Source: Alphaproteobacteria bacterium (lineage in GTDB: Bacteria > Pseudomonadota > Alphaproteobacteria > GCA-2731375). Taken from it: DNA of 61,316 nt. Location: the NCBI GenBank assembly GCA_016869175.1, contig VGEV01000002.1, positions 1 to 61,316 of the forward strand, given 5' to 3'. The notes beneath the pieces are model-generated. The model was not told where the DNA came from. It saw only the letters and a list, made by a program, of their open reading frames with translations, and did no database searches. Shown one piece after another: positions 38,319 through 48,573 of this stretch. The position numbers and the translations under genes were made by a program. How positions within the stretch are numbered: the stretch's first letter is position 1; each line of letters starts with the position of its first letter.

Positions 38319-39299
38319 ATGACAACGGAACGAAACGGCAAGATCCTGGTGATCGGGGCGGTTGGCCAGGTTGGTCGCAGCTTGACGCGGGAACTGCGCG
38401 CGCGGGTCGGCGCCGACCGGGTCGTGGCGGCCGGTCGCGCCACCGAGCCGCCGGCGGAATTGCGCGCCGCTGGGCCGTTCGAGAAGCTGGATGCGACCGA
38501 CAAGGCAGCGCTCGACCGGGTGATCCGCCGGCACGCCATCGGCACCATCTACCATCTTGCCGCCGTGCTGTCGGCCGATGGCGAAAAGGACCCGGTCAGG
38601 GCCTGGACGATCAATGTCGAGAGCTTGCGCAACGTGCTCGATCTGGCCGTCGCGCATTCGCTGGCGGGGGTGTTCTGGCCGAGCTCGATTGCCGCCTTCG
38701 GGCCGACGACGCCGCGGGAAAACACGCCCCAGCGCACCGTGCTGGAGCCGACCACCCTGTACGGCGTCACCAAGGTCTTGGGCGAAAACCTCTGCCACTA
38801 CTATTTCAAACGCCATGGCCTAGACGTCCGCAGCTTGCGTTATCCTGGCTTGCTCACTTACGAGACCTATTCCGGCGGCGGCACCTCGGACTACTCGGTC
38901 GAGATGTTCATCGAGGCGCTGCGGCACGGTCGCTACACCTGCTTTGTGCGGCCCGACACCACCATGCCGCTCATGTATATCGACGATGCGGTGCGCGCGA
39001 CGATCGAATTGATGCAGGCGCCCGCCCAGAGGATCAGCATCCGCACCAGCTATAACCTGACCGCGCTCAGTTTCTCGGCGGCGGAACTGGCCGCCGAGGT
39101 GGCGCGGCGGGTGCCGGGTTTCGTCTGCGACTACCAGCCGAATTTTCGTCAGGCGATCGCCGACTCATGGCCCCGCACCATCGACGATTCGGCAGCCCGC
39201 CAGGACTGGGGATGGCAACCCAGGGTCGATCTGGCGATGCTCTGCGACACCATGTTGCGGGGCGTTGCCGACATGGCGGCCAAGGGCGTTCGGCTATAG
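38319..39299 (+). CDS. NAD-dependent epimerase/dehydratase family protein, short-chain L-threonine 3-dehydrogenase-like
   Basis: It has ILVIGAVGQVG, IYHLAAVLSA, YGVTK, RSLRYPGL and the C-terminal IADSWPRTIDDSAARQDWGW. No kbl gene is adjacent. Confidence 0.78.
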   Translation: MTTERNGKILVIGAVGQVGRSLTRELRARVGADRVVAAGRATEPPAELRAAGPFEKLDATDKAALDRVIRRHAIGTIYHLAAVLSADGEKDPVRAWTINVESLRNVLDLAVAHSLAGVFWPSSIAAFGPTTPRENTPQRTVLEPTTLYGVTKVLGENLCHYYFKRHGLDVRSLRYPGLLTYETYSGGGTSDYSVEMFIEALRHGRYTCFVRPDTTMPLMYIDDAVRATIELMQAPAQRISIRTSYNLTALSFSAAELAAEVARRVPGFVCDYQPNFRQAIADSWPRTIDDSAARQDWGWQPRVDLAMLCDTMLRGVADMAAKGVRL

Positions 39300-39310
39300 A
39301 CGGCAGGGGC

Positions 39311-39384
39311 TGGCTGGGGCGCTAGGATTCGAACCTAGGGTCACGGGACCAAAACCCGTTGCCTTACCGCTTGGCCACGCCCCA
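39311..39384 (-). tRNA. tRNA-Gln (anticodon UUG), CCA encoded
   Basis: The reverse complement is TGGGGCGTGGCCAAGCGGTAAGGCAACGGGTTTTGGTCCCGTGACCCTAGGTTCGAATCCTAGCGCCCCAGCCA. It folds as a cloverleaf with a 7-bp acceptor stem, anticodon stem ACGGG/CCCGT and loop TTTTGGT. Confidence 0.95.
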
Positions 39385-39426
39385 AACGCCGCCGCTCAAT
39401 AACGCCACAGGCGCTGTTGACGCAAC

Positions 39427-40476
39427 CTAGCCGAGCGCCCGTTTGACACCGAGTGGCTGGGCGAGGGCGCGCGCGTCACCGACCAGCAGCAGGGCGTAGG
39501 CGGTCAAGCTGACGATCGCCCAGAGCGGCAGTGTCTCGGGCGACAGGTTGGCGCCGATCGCCGGCAACGCAACCAGCGACAGATAAGCCACCAAGCCCCA
39601 GCGCCAAGACAGACGACGGAACAGGATATGGTGCAAGTGGTTGCGGTCGGGGGTGAAGGGCGAATGCCCGCGCAGCAGGCGGCTGGCCATCAGCCGCAGA
39701 CAGTCGACCACCGGGATGAGGAACCAGAGCGCGATCTCGTCGGCCGGCAATTCCACGAAGCCGACGCCATAGCAATGGGTGCTCAAGAGACCCAGCAGGG
39801 CCGCCAGCGCATAGGCGCCGCCATCGCCGAGGAACAAGGCGCCCTGCAAATTGAAGGCCAGCGCCACCGCCAAGCCCGCCGCCAAGCAGCCCAGCAGCGG
39901 CCACAGTTCCGGCGGCGCGTGCGCCAGCAGCAGGCAGGTCCAGATCAGCGCCATGCCCATCACCAGGCCATTCTTGCCATCCGCCATGTTGATGGCGTTG
40001 ATCAGGCCAACGAGGCAAAGCAGCGTGAAGAACCGCGACCAGCCTTCCAGGAACACGGCCTGGTTCAGGAAACTGAAGCTCAGGAACTCCACTTGCAGGC
40101 TGGGCACCGCGTGCACCACCGCCCAGAACAGCGCCAGCGACGATGCCAGCCGAACCAGCGGGCGGATATGCCGGCGATCGTCCCACAAGCCCAGCACGAA
40201 GAATGCGGCTCCGGCGGCCACCAAGCCGCCCGACAGTGCCGCGTTATCGCCCAGCGGCAATTGACACAACCCGAAGGCCAGGACCGGCAGAATCACCGCG
40301 AGGCCGCCGATCAGCGGCGTCGCGCGCGCATGTACCTTGCGACGACCATCGGGCACATCCATCAGGCCAAGGCGGATGGCCAGCGGGTTCGCGTAAAGGC
40401 AGACCAGCAGACTGATCGTGGCGCCGGCAAACGTCGCCAGCAGCATCACGGCAGCCAGTTCCCCCCCAGCGTCCAT
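39427..40476 (-). CDS. Glycosyltransferase family 4 (WecA/MraY-like polyprenyl-phosphate sugar-1-phosphate transferase)
   Basis: It is polytopic, with LGLWDDRR, INAINMADGKNG and LGDGGAYALA motifs. The start is uncertain (40509 GTG, 40476 ATG or 40446 ATG). Confidence 0.85.
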   Translation of the reverse strand: MDAGGELAAVMLLATFAGATISLLVCLYANPLAIRLGLMDVPDGRRKVHARATPLIGGLAVILPVLAFGLCQLPLGDNAALSGGLVAAGAAFFVLGLWDDRRHIRPLVRLASSLALFWAVVHAVPSLQVEFLSFSFLNQAVFLEGWSRFFTLLCLVGLINAINMADGKNGLVMGMALIWTCLLLAHAPPELWPLLGCLAAGLAVALAFNLQGALFLGDGGAYALAALLGLLSTHCYGVGFVELPADEIALWFLIPVVDCLRLMASRLLRGHSPFTPDRNHLHHILFRRLSWRWGLVAYLSLVALPAIGANLSPETLPLWAIVSLTAYALLLVGDARALAQPLGVKRALG

Positions 40477-40659
40477 CCCTGCGGTCCCTTGCGACCAGAA
40501 ACGATTCACCCTCCGCCGGCCGCGGCGCTTTTATCCTACCATCTGCCCCGCGCGGTCAATGCGCGACGGTAAGGTACGGTTAACCCCTTCGCTGTTGACA
40601 ACCTGCGGCTTTTCTTGTTGCTTGCGCCGCCTCATCCCATCGGGCGATGCGCGTTTCAC

Positions 40660-41454
40660 ATGCGACATCTCGACGAACTGGAAAGCCTCAGCATCTACAT
40701 CTTCCGCGAGGCATTCAACCGCATCGACCGGCTGGCCATGCTGTGGTCGCTGGGCAAGGATTCGAACGTCATGGTCTGGCTGGCCCGCAAGGCATTCTTC
40801 GGGCACGTGCCGTTTCCGGTCATGCATATCGACACTGGCCGGAAGTTCGCTGAGATGTATGCGTTCCGCGAGCGCTACGCGCGCGAATGGGGGCTGACGC
40901 TGTTGCTGGGCGAATGCCCGCCGGTCGAGGAGATCGACGAGACCCTGCCGCCGGCCGCGCGTTCGGCGGCGCGCAAGACCGCGGGCCTCAAGGCGATGAT
41001 CGAGAAGCACGACCTGCAGGGCGTTTTCGCCGGCATCCGCCGCGACGAACAGGCGACCCGGGCCAAGGAGCGCTATTTCAGCCCGCGCGGCCAGGGCGGC
41101 GCCTGGCAGTTCAAGGACCAGCCGCCGGAATTCTGGGATCAGTTCAACACCGACTTCGCGCCCGGTACGCATTTGCGCATCCACCCGCTGCTGCATTGGA
41201 CGGAACTGGACATCTGGCGCTACACCCAGCGCGAGCGCATTCCGACGGTGCCGCTCTACTTCGCCAAGGATGGCAAGCGCTATCGCTCGCTGGGCGACCG
41301 CGACATCACCTTTGCTATCGTCAGCGAGGCGCGCACCATCGAGGCCGTGATCGCCGAACTGGAAGCAACCCTCACGCCCGAGCGAGCGGGCAGGGCGATG
41401 GATCACGAAGCCGAGGATGCGTTCGAGCGCTTGCGCGCCGACGGCTACATGTAG
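40660..41454 (+). CDS. cysD: Sulfate adenylyltransferase subunit 2
   Basis: Start at the internal ATG (MRHLDELESLSIYIFRE). It has the PP-loop LWSLGKDS, then GIRRDEQATRAKERYFS and WTELDIWRY. At 264 aa it is shorter than enterobacterial CysD. Confidence 0.87.
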   Translation: MRHLDELESLSIYIFREAFNRIDRLAMLWSLGKDSNVMVWLARKAFFGHVPFPVMHIDTGRKFAEMYAFRERYAREWGLTLLLGECPPVEEIDETLPPAARSAARKTAGLKAMIEKHDLQGVFAGIRRDEQATRAKERYFSPRGQGGAWQFKDQPPEFWDQFNTDFAPGTHLRIHPLLHWTELDIWRYTQRERIPTVPLYFAKDGKRYRSLGDRDITFAIVSEARTIEAVIAELEATLTPERAGRAMDHEAEDAFERLRADGYM

Positions 41455-41466
41455 AAGGAACCGCTG

Positions 41467-43350
41467 GTGCAGCCAACCGAACGCGCGGTGCTGCGACTGG
41501 TCGTGGTCGGCCATGTCGACCATGGCAAGTCGACCCTCATCGGCCGCTTGTTCCACGACCTGCAGCTGCTGCCGGAGGGCAAGCTGGAGGCGATCCGCGC
41601 CATGTGCGAGCGGCGCGGCATGCCGTTCGAATGGGCTTTTCTGATGGACGCCCTGCAGGCCGAGCGCGACCAAGGCATCACCATCGACACGGCGCAGACC
41701 TGGCTGAGGGCGAAGGATCGCGACTATGTCGTGATCGACGCGCCGGGCCACCGCGAGTTCCTGAAGAACATGGTGACCGGCGCGGCGTCGGCCGAGGCCG
41801 CCCTGCTGCTGATCGACGCGCAGGAAGGCGTGCGCGACCAGACGCGCCGGCATGGCTATCTGCTCAAGCTGCTCGGCATCGAGCAGGTGCTGGTGCTGGT
41901 CAACAAGCTGGATGCGATCGGTTACCGCCATGAGCGCGTGGCGGCGATCGAAGCCGAGTTCCGTGGCTATGCCGCCAGCATCGGGCTGCCGTTGGCCGGC
42001 TTCCTGCCGATCAGCGCCCGCGAGGGTGACAACATCGCCAGCCGCTCGGCGCAGACCCTCTGGTACGAAGGGCCGACGCTGGTCGAAGCGCTGGCTAAGC
42101 TGCGGCCCATGGCGCGCGCGGTCGATCTGCCGCTGCGCTTGCCGATCCAGGACGTCTACAAGTTCGACGAGCGACGGATCTTCGCTGGCCGGATCGAGAG
42201 CGGCATTCTCCGGGTGGGCGACACGTTGGTCTTTTCGCCGTCCAACAAGTCCGCGCGCGTCGCCTCGATCGAAGCCTGGGCGTGCGACGTGCCCCCGGTC
42301 GAAGGGCGTGCCGGCCAGTCGGTCGGCCTGACCTTTGCCGAACCGATCTTCGTCGAGCGCGGCGAGGTGGCGAGCCACGAAGCCGAGCCGCCGGTGGAGA
42401 CCGACGTGTTCCGTGCGCGGCTGTTTTGGCTTGGCCGCAACCCGCTGCGCCGTGGCGGGCGCTACAAGCTGAAGCTCAATCATCAGGCCGTGCCGGTGTC
42501 GGTGCAGGCGATCGAGCGGGTGATCGATACCACCGACTTGTCGGACCAGGCCTCCGAACAGGTCGAACGCAATGCCGTGGCCGAGGTCGTGCTGCGCGCC
42601 GACAGCATGCTGGCGCTCGACCCGCATGGCCGGCTGACCCGGACCGGGCGGTTCGTGCTGGTGGATGGCTACGACATCGCCGGCGGCGGCATCATCAGCA
42701 TGCAGGGCTATGCCGACCAACGTCACCTGATGGTGCGCCGGGCCACCAACCTGACCCGGGTCGAGCACGAGGTTTCGCTGGCGGCGCGCGAACTGCGCAA
42801 CGGCCATCGCGGCGGCGTGCTTTGGCTGACCGGGCTGTCGGCGTCGGGCAAGTCGACCCTGGCGGTGGCGGTCGAACGGCGGTTGTTCAACCTCAGCTAC
42901 CACGCCTATGTGCTGGACGGCGACAACATCCGCGGCGGGCTGTGCGCCGATCTGGGCTTCTCGCCGGAGGAACGGGCGGAAAACATCCGCCGGGTGGGCG
43001 AGGTGGCGGCCCTGATGAGCCGGGCCGGCACGCTGGTGCTCACCGCCTTCATCTCGCCCTACCGCTCGGATCGCGACCGGGCACGCAAGGCGGCGGGCGA
43101 GCGGTTCCACGAGGTCTATGTCAAGGCCGACCTGGCCACCTGCGAGGCGCGCGATCCCAAGGGCTTGTACAAGCGGGCCCGGGCCGGCCAGATCCGCGAT
43201 TTCACGGGCGTTTCCGCACCGTACGAGCCGCCCGAGCGGCCCGAGTTGACGATCGACACGGGCAGCTTAACGATTGAGCAATCGGTGCAACGCATCGTCG
43301 ACCATGTGCAGCGGCACTTCGCCGAGGGCGCAGCCTTCGCCGGCGGCTAG
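41467..43350 (+). CDS. cysNC: Bifunctional sulfate adenylyltransferase subunit 1 / adenylylsulfate kinase (CysN-CysC fusion, NodQ-like)
   Basis: GTPase motifs are [14 protein letters not shown] and NKLD. The C-terminal APS-kinase domain has the P-loop GLSASGKST and FISPY. Confidence 0.93.
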   Translation: MQPTERAVLRLVVVGHVDHGKSTLIGRLFHDLQLLPEGKLEAIRAMCERRGMPFEWAFLMDALQAERDQGITIDTAQTWLRAKDRDYVVIDAPGHREFLKNMVTGAASAEAALLLIDAQEGVRDQTRRHGYLLKLLGIEQVLVLVNKLDAIGYRHERVAAIEAEFRGYAASIGLPLAGFLPISAREGDNIASRSAQTLWYEGPTLVEALAKLRPMARAVDLPLRLPIQDVYKFDERRIFAGRIESGILRVGDTLVFSPSNKSARVASIEAWACDVPPVEGRAGQSVGLTFAEPIFVERGEVASHEAEPPVETDVFRARLFWLGRNPLRRGGRYKLKLNHQAVPVSVQAIERVIDTTDLSDQASEQVERNAVAEVVLRADSMLALDPHGRLTRTGRFVLVDGYDIAGGGIISMQGYADQRHLMVRRATNLTRVEHEVSLAARELRNGHRGGVLWLTGLSASGKSTLAVAVERRLFNLSYHAYVLDGDNIRGGLCADLGFSPEERAENIRRVGEVAALMSRAGTLVLTAFISPYRSDRDRARKAAGERFHEVYVKADLATCEARDPKGLYKRARAGQIRDFTGVSAPYEPPERPELTIDTGSLTIEQSVQRIVDHVQRHFAEGAAFAGG

Positions 43351-43455
43351 CGGCAGCGGTCGCGCCTTGCCTACCGGCTTGGGCGACCGCATCATTCGGC
43401 GCTGATACTGAGGCAGGAACGGTGCCTGGCCCGACATGGAAAATGCGCTAACCGC

Positions 43456-44430
43456 ATGACGGTACTTCTGACCGGGGCGGCCGGGTTCATCGGCTTCCAT
43501 GTCGCCAAGCAGTTGCTGGCCCGTGGCGAACGCGTGATCGGCGTCGACGATCTCAATGACTACTACGATGTCCGATTGAAGGAGGCGCGTCTTGCCCAGA
43601 TTGAAGGCGACCGCGCCTTCCGTTTCCTCAGGCTGGATCTCGGCCGGGAGAACGCGCTCGCCGGGCTGCTGGCGGACGAGGCGGTCGATCGGGTGGTGCA
43701 CCTGGCGGCCCAGGCCGGGGTCCGCCATTCGCTGACCGCGCCGTTCGACTATGTGCGCTCGAACCTGACCGGGCACATGGTGGTGCTGGAGTATTGCCGC
43801 CATCGCCAGCCGTTTCGCCATCTCGTTTATGCCAGTTCCAGCTCCGTCTACGGCGGCAATCAGAAGCAGCCCTTCGCGGAAACCGACCCCGTCGACCGGC
43901 CGGTTTCTCTCTATGCCGCGACCAAGCGCGCGGACGAGCTGATGTCGCACACCTATGCGCATCTCTACGGGCTGCCGCAGACCGGGTTGCGCTTCTTCAC
44001 CGTCTATGGCCCCTGGGGCCGGCCCGACATGGCGATGTGGCTGTTCACCGAGGCAATTCTGGCAGGACGGCCGATCACGCTGTTCAACCACGGCAGGATG
44101 CGTCGCGACTTCACCTACATCGACGATATCGTCAGCGGCGTGGTGGCGGCGCTCGACCGGCCGCCGGAGCCGAACGGCCAAGCACCGCACCGGCTCTACA
44201 ACATCGGCAACAGCGATCCGCACGACCTCTGGGAGTTGATCGGCCATCTGGAACGCGCGACCGGCCGAAAGGCCGAAACGCGGCTGGCGCCGATGCAGCC
44301 GGGCGACGTTGCCGAGACCTTCGCCGACACCACGCTGATCGCGCGCGACCTCGGGTTCCGGCCGATGACGCCGCTGGCCGAGGGGGTGGAGCGCTTTGTC
44401 GCGTGGTATCGCAGCTACAACGCGCGGTAG
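43456..44430 (+). CDS. NAD-dependent sugar-nucleotide epimerase, UDP-glucuronate 4-epimerase-like
   Basis: It has LTGAAGFIGFH, SSSSVYG, YAATK and RFFTVYGPWGRPDMA. Confidence 0.85.
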   Translation: MTVLLTGAAGFIGFHVAKQLLARGERVIGVDDLNDYYDVRLKEARLAQIEGDRAFRFLRLDLGRENALAGLLADEAVDRVVHLAAQAGVRHSLTAPFDYVRSNLTGHMVVLEYCRHRQPFRHLVYASSSSVYGGNQKQPFAETDPVDRPVSLYAATKRADELMSHTYAHLYGLPQTGLRFFTVYGPWGRPDMAMWLFTEAILAGRPITLFNHGRMRRDFTYIDDIVSGVVAALDRPPEPNGQAPHRLYNIGNSDPHDLWELIGHLERATGRKAETRLAPMQPGDVAETFADTTLIARDLGFRPMTPLAEGVERFVAWYRSYNAR

Positions 44431-44433
44431 CCC

Positions 44434-45084
44434 ATGCTCGGCTGGTGGTTGGTGTTGGGCGGCCTGCTGGCGCCGCCGGCGATCGCCGCGTTGCTGCGCC
44501 GCCGCCTGCTCGACGCGCGCCTCGGCTTTGTCCTCGTGTTGGTCGCCCCGACGCTGGGCTTGGCTCTCGGCTATGTCGGCTTCGCCTCGTTCGCGGCGTG
44601 GCTCTCGGCCCAGGCGCGGCCCGTCGCCGCCGACGGCATCGTCGCGTTGAGCGGTCGGATGGAGCGTCTGCACGCCGCGTTCGACCTGCTGCGGCGGGGG
44701 GTGGCTCCGGTCGCGCTGTTGTCGGGGACGGGCGAAGGGGCCAACGACATCGAGCTTGGCAAATTGCGCGCGCGCGATCCCGCACTGTTCGATGCCCGCG
44801 TCACTCTGGACCCCCTGGCGCGCAATACCCGGGGCAATGCCCAGCAGATCAGGGCCTGGGTGGCCGAGCGCCAGATCAAGCGCCTCTTGGTGGTCAGCAC
44901 CGATCTGCACCTGCCGCGCGCGCTGCTGCACCTGAGCCAGGCCTTGCCGGGGATCGAACTCGTGGCATTCGCGGTCGCGCCGCAGGCGGAAACGGCCGGC
45001 GGTTGGGTGGCCGAAGCGGTGCCATGGCCCCAACGGATCGCCGAGTTCCTGAAGTTCCTGCTGGCGCCGCTACCGTTCGGTTAG
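44434..45084 (+). CDS. YdcF-type DUF218 protein (second paralogue in the window)
   Basis: It has N-terminal TM helices, then GIVALSG, RNTRGNA and LVVSTDLHLPRA. It lies 3 nt after the epimerase gene. Confidence 0.75.
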   Translation: MLGWWLVLGGLLAPPAIAALLRRRLLDARLGFVLVLVAPTLGLALGYVGFASFAAWLSAQARPVAADGIVALSGRMERLHAAFDLLRRGVAPVALLSGTGEGANDIELGKLRARDPALFDARVTLDPLARNTRGNAQQIRAWVAERQIKRLLVVSTDLHLPRALLHLSQALPGIELVAFAVAPQAETAGGWVAEAVPWPQRIAEFLKFLLAPLPFG

Positions 45085-46874
45085 GCCGCGACCAAACGTT
45101 GGGCAACGGCCTTCGGCACCGGCACTTCCAGGTCGAGCAGCATTTGCGCGTAGGCCTTGGCCAGGTTGTCGGAATGCAGCGAGGCCATGCCACCGCCGCC
45201 CAGCGAGCGGTGCAGCAGGAAATTCATCGCCCCCAAGCCCGGCAGGTCGAAGCGCTCGACCGGACCGCGACAGAGATGCGCGAAATAGGCCTTCACGCGC
45301 TCCGGCGTCAGCCACCAGCGAAGCAGCGGCAAGCATTCCGGCTGGCGCGCGATGATGCCGATATTGGCGGTGTCGCCCTTGTCGCCGCTGCGGCCATAGG
45401 CAAGCCGCACCAGCGGCAGGTTGACGGTGGCCCCTTCGGGGGGCAGCGCGGCAACGGCCCTGACCTCCGCGCTGGCGCTGCCGGGAAAGCCGCCAGCGGT
45501 GCGGATGGCGACGGGCCGTCGGTTGCCCTCGATGTCGAGTTCAACCGGCACGTCGGCTTTCTCCACCAGGAACGAGAACAGGCGCACGATCGGCGTCGGC
45601 GAGGGCCGGCCGCCCAGCCCCGTGGTCCCTGGCGCCATGGAGGTGCCGGCCGGAGCAAACTCGCGCGCGAAGATCTCCAGCGCCTCTTTCTCCGGGTGCT
45701 TGACGGCGATGCGCAGCACCACCTCGCGCGGGCCGGCGAGCCGGCTGTTCGAGCCGTACATGTCTTCGGACCCCAGCACCTCCAGGCGGGTCTCGGAATA
45801 GTCGGCGAGATTGCGCTGCTGGAACATTCGCCGGGTACGCGCCAGGATGGTCTGGCCGGTGCGGCGCGCCTTGCGGTCGGCGTCGATGCCGCCGATCACC
45901 AGCGTGGCCACGTTGCGCAGGCCGTCCTGATAGGTGGCGCTGACCTTGTAGGTCGAGGTGGGCGGTCGGCCGCGCGCGCCCGACACCAGCACGCGGTTCT
46001 CACCCATCTCGCGCATCTGCACGGCGGTGAAGTCGCAAGCGACGTCCGGCACCAGATAGGCGCTGGGATCCTGGATTTCGTAAAGCAGCTGCTCGGCGAC
46101 CGATCCGAAACAGACCAGCCCGTCGGTGCCCCTGGGCTTGCCGATGACAAAGCTGCCATCCGCGCTCACCTCGGCGACCGGATAGCCGATGTTCTCCCAG
46201 CTCGCCACCCGCTCCCAATCGGTGAACAGGCCGCCGGTGCATTGCGCGCCGCATTCGATGATATGGCCGCAGAGCGTGCCAGCTGCCAGTCGGTCGAAAT
46301 CGTCGTCGGCCCAGCCGAATTCGTGCATCAGCGGGCCCAGCGTCACGGCGCTGTCGACGACGCGGCCGGTGATGACCACTTCGCAGCCCTCGGCCAGCGC
46401 CGCCGCGATGCCACGCGCGCCCAGATAGGCGTTGATGCTCATCAGCTTGTCGGGAAAGGCCGCGTCCGAATACATCTCGTGCGTGCCGGCAGCGCGGAAC
46501 TCAGCCTGGCGGGCCATCAGGTCGTCGCCCAGCACGACACCGACCTTGAGCGAGACGCCGGCCTCCTCGGCCACGCGTTGCAGCGCATCGCGGCACGCCA
46601 GCGGGTTCACGCCGCCCGCATTCGACACCACCTTGATGCCCTTGGCCTTGATGTCGCGCACCAGCTGTTTCATGGTGATGGCGACGAAATCGGTGGCATA
46701 GCCGGCATCCGGCCGCCGGGCGCGGGCGGCGGCCATGATCGACATGGTCAGCTCGGCGAGATAGTCGAACACCAGATAGTCGATCTCCGCCCCGTGCACC
46801 AATTGCGGAGCGCCCAGCGAGCTGTCGCCCCAGAACGCGCTGGCGCCGCCCAGCCTGACCGTCTTGCCGCTCAT
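45081..46874 (-). CDS. AtuA-like protein (DUF1446 fused to the AtuA-like ferredoxin-fold domain DUF4387)
   Basis: 597 aa with RLGGASAFWGDS, VVSNAGGVNP and ITGRVVDSA. The C-terminal region is LAYGRSGDKGDTANIGIIAR...FLLHRSLGGGG. Confidence 0.83.
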   Translation of the reverse strand: MSGKTVRLGGASAFWGDSSLGAPQLVHGAEIDYLVFDYLAELTMSIMAAARARRPDAGYATDFVAITMKQLVRDIKAKGIKVVSNAGGVNPLACRDALQRVAEEAGVSLKVGVVLGDDLMARQAEFRAAGTHEMYSDAAFPDKLMSINAYLGARGIAAALAEGCEVVITGRVVDSAVTLGPLMHEFGWADDDFDRLAAGTLCGHIIECGAQCTGGLFTDWERVASWENIGYPVAEVSADGSFVIGKPRGTDGLVCFGSVAEQLLYEIQDPSAYLVPDVACDFTAVQMREMGENRVLVSGARGRPPTSTYKVSATYQDGLRNVATLVIGGIDADRKARRTGQTILARTRRMFQQRNLADYSETRLEVLGSEDMYGSNSRLAGPREVVLRIAVKHPEKEALEIFAREFAPAGTSMAPGTTGLGGRPSPTPIVRLFSFLVEKADVPVELDIEGNRRPVAIRTAGGFPGSASAEVRAVAALPPEGATVNLPLVRLAYGRSGDKGDTANIGIIARQPECLPLLRWWLTPERVKAYFAHLCRGPVERFDLPGLGAMNFLLHRSLGGGGMASLHSDNLAKAYAQMLLDLEVPVPKAVAQRLVAA

Positions 46875-46896
46875 CGCCTTGTCGTCCTCGTCGGTT

Positions 46897-48573
46897 TCAG
46901 AACAGCCCGCGGATCTCGCCCGACGCGTCGACGTCGATCGTCTCGGCCGCCGGCGCCTTGGGCAAGCCCGGCATGGTCATGATCTCGCCGCATAGCGCCA
47001 CCACGAATTCGGCGCCGGCCGACAGGCGCACCGCGCGCACGGGCAGCACATGTCCGCTCGGCGCGCCCTTCAGGGTTGGGTCGGCGCTGAAGCTGTATTG
47101 CGTCTTGGCCATGCAGATCGGCAGGCGGCCGTGGCCCGCCGCCTCGAAGCTGGCGAGCTGCTGCGCCACGCCCTCGCCCAGCGCGATGTCGGCGGCGCCA
47201 TAGATCTCGGTGGCGATGGTGCGGATTTTCGCCACCAAGCCCAGCTCGTCGGGATAGAGCGGACGGAAGCTAGCCCCACTGTCGGCCAGCGCCACAACGC
47301 GGGCGGCGAGTTCGGCGGCGCCGTCCGCGCCGTCCGCCCAATGGCTGCAGGTCACCGCCTCTGCCCCTTCGACCGCCACACAACGCTTGATCGCGGCCAA
47401 TTCCTCGGCGCTGTCGCCCAGGAAGCGGTTGATCGCCACCACCGCCGGCACGCCGAAGCGGGCGAGGTTGCGCAAGTGACGCGACAGGTTGGCGAGGCCG
47501 GCCTCGATCGCGGACGGATTGGGCTTGGCAAGCGCCTCGCGGGCGACGCCACCATGCATCTTCAGCGCGCGCACGGTTGCCACCAGCACCGCGCAGGCAG
47601 GGGTCAGCCCGGCCTTGCGGCACTTGATGTCGAAGAACTTCTCGGCCCCCAGGTCGGCGCCGAACCCAGCCTCGGTCACCACATAATCGGCCAGTTTCAG
47701 CGCGGTGCGCGTCGCTAGGACGGAGTTGCAGCCATGCGCGATGTTGGCGAATGGGCCGCCATGCACGAAGGCGGGGCTGCCGGCCAGCGTCTGCACCAGG
47801 TTGGGTTGTAGGGCGTCCTTCAGAAGCGTGGCCAGCGCACCCTCGGCATTCAGGTCGTGGGCGGTGACCGGCTTGCGTGCCCGGGTATAGGCGACGACCA
47901 TCCGGCCCAGCCTGCTCTTCAGGTCCGCCAGGTCGCGCGCCAGGCAGAACACCGCCATCACCTCGGAGGCCACGGCGATGTCGAAGCCGTCCTCGCGCGG
48001 ATGGCCGTTGGCGACGCCGCCAAGGCCGATCACGATCTGGCGCAGCGCACGGTCGTTCATGTCGAGGCAGCGACGCCAAACGATGCGGCGCGGATCCACC
48101 TCCAGCCCGTTGCCCCAGTAAATGTGGTTGTCGAGCAGCGCTGCCAGCAGGTTGTTGGCTGCCGCAATGGCGTGCAGATCGCCGGTGAAATGCAGGTTGA
48201 TGTCTTCCATCGGTACGACCTGGGCATAGCCGCCGCCGGCCGCCCCGCCCTTGACGCCGAACACCGGACCCAAGCTCGGTTCGCGCAGGCAGATCGCCGC
48301 CCGCTTGCCGATATGGTTGAGGCCGTCGCCCAGGCCGACCGTCGTGGTGGTCTTGCCCTCGCCGGCCGGCGTCGGCGTCATCGCCGTAACCAGCACCAGC
48401 TTGCCCTGGGGCCGGGCCGCGGGCTCGGCGGTGAACGGCAGGGCGATCTTCGCCTTGTAGGGGCCGTAGCGGTAAAGCGCCGCCGCCGGGATGTCGAGCT
48501 TGGCGGCGATCGCTTCGATCGGCTGCAGGCGGGCGCGGCGTGCGATCTCGATGTCTGACGGGGGCGCGGTCAT
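46897..48573 (-). CDS. fhs: Formate--tetrahydrofolate ligase
   Basis: Internal ATG ([19 protein letters not shown]). It has [16 protein letters not shown] and [13 protein letters not shown]. An ATGA overlap joins it to soxG. Confidence 0.95.
   Translation of the reverse strand: MTAPPSDIEIARRARLQPIEAIAAKLDIPAAALYRYGPYKAKIALPFTAEPAARPQGKLVLVTAMTPTPAGEGKTTTTVGLGDGLNHIGKRAAICLREPSLGPVFGVKGGAAGGGYAQVVPMEDINLHFTGDLHAIAAANNLLAALLDNHIYWGNGLEVDPRRIVWRRCLDMNDRALRQIVIGLGGVANGHPREDGFDIAVASEVMAVFCLARDLADLKSRLGRMVVAYTRARKPVTAHDLNAEGALATLLKDALQPNLVQTLAGSPAFVHGGPFANIAHGCNSVLATRTALKLADYVVTEAGFGADLGAEKFFDIKCRKAGLTPACAVLVATVRALKMHGGVAREALAKPNPSAIEAGLANLSRHLRNLARFGVPAVVAINRFLGDSAEELAAIKRCVAVEGAEAVTCSHWADGADGAAELAARVVALADSGASFRPLYPDELGLVAKIRTIATEIYGAADIALGEGVAQQLASFEAAGHGRLPICMAKTQYSFSADPTLKGAPSGHVLPVRAVRLSAGAEFVVALCGEIMTMPGLPKAPAAETIDVDASGEIRGLF

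Noticed and set aside
39311-39384. tRNA-Gln as the integration site of a genomic island
   Set aside because: No integrase, no direct repeat of the tRNA 3' end and no mobility genes were seen on either side. The flanking genes have ordinary composition.
40595-40623. A TTGACA hexamer upstream of cysD as a sigma-70-type promoter
   Set aside because: There is no convincing -10 element at 16-18 nt spacing (GTTGCT/TTGCTT), so I did not annotate it.
43794-46982. A 1062-aa plus-strand ORF overlapping the epimerase, DUF218, AtuA-like and fhs genes
   Set aside because: It is the same kind of artefact, with an Arg/Ala/Gly-rich nonsense composition. It crosses several well-supported genes in both orientations.
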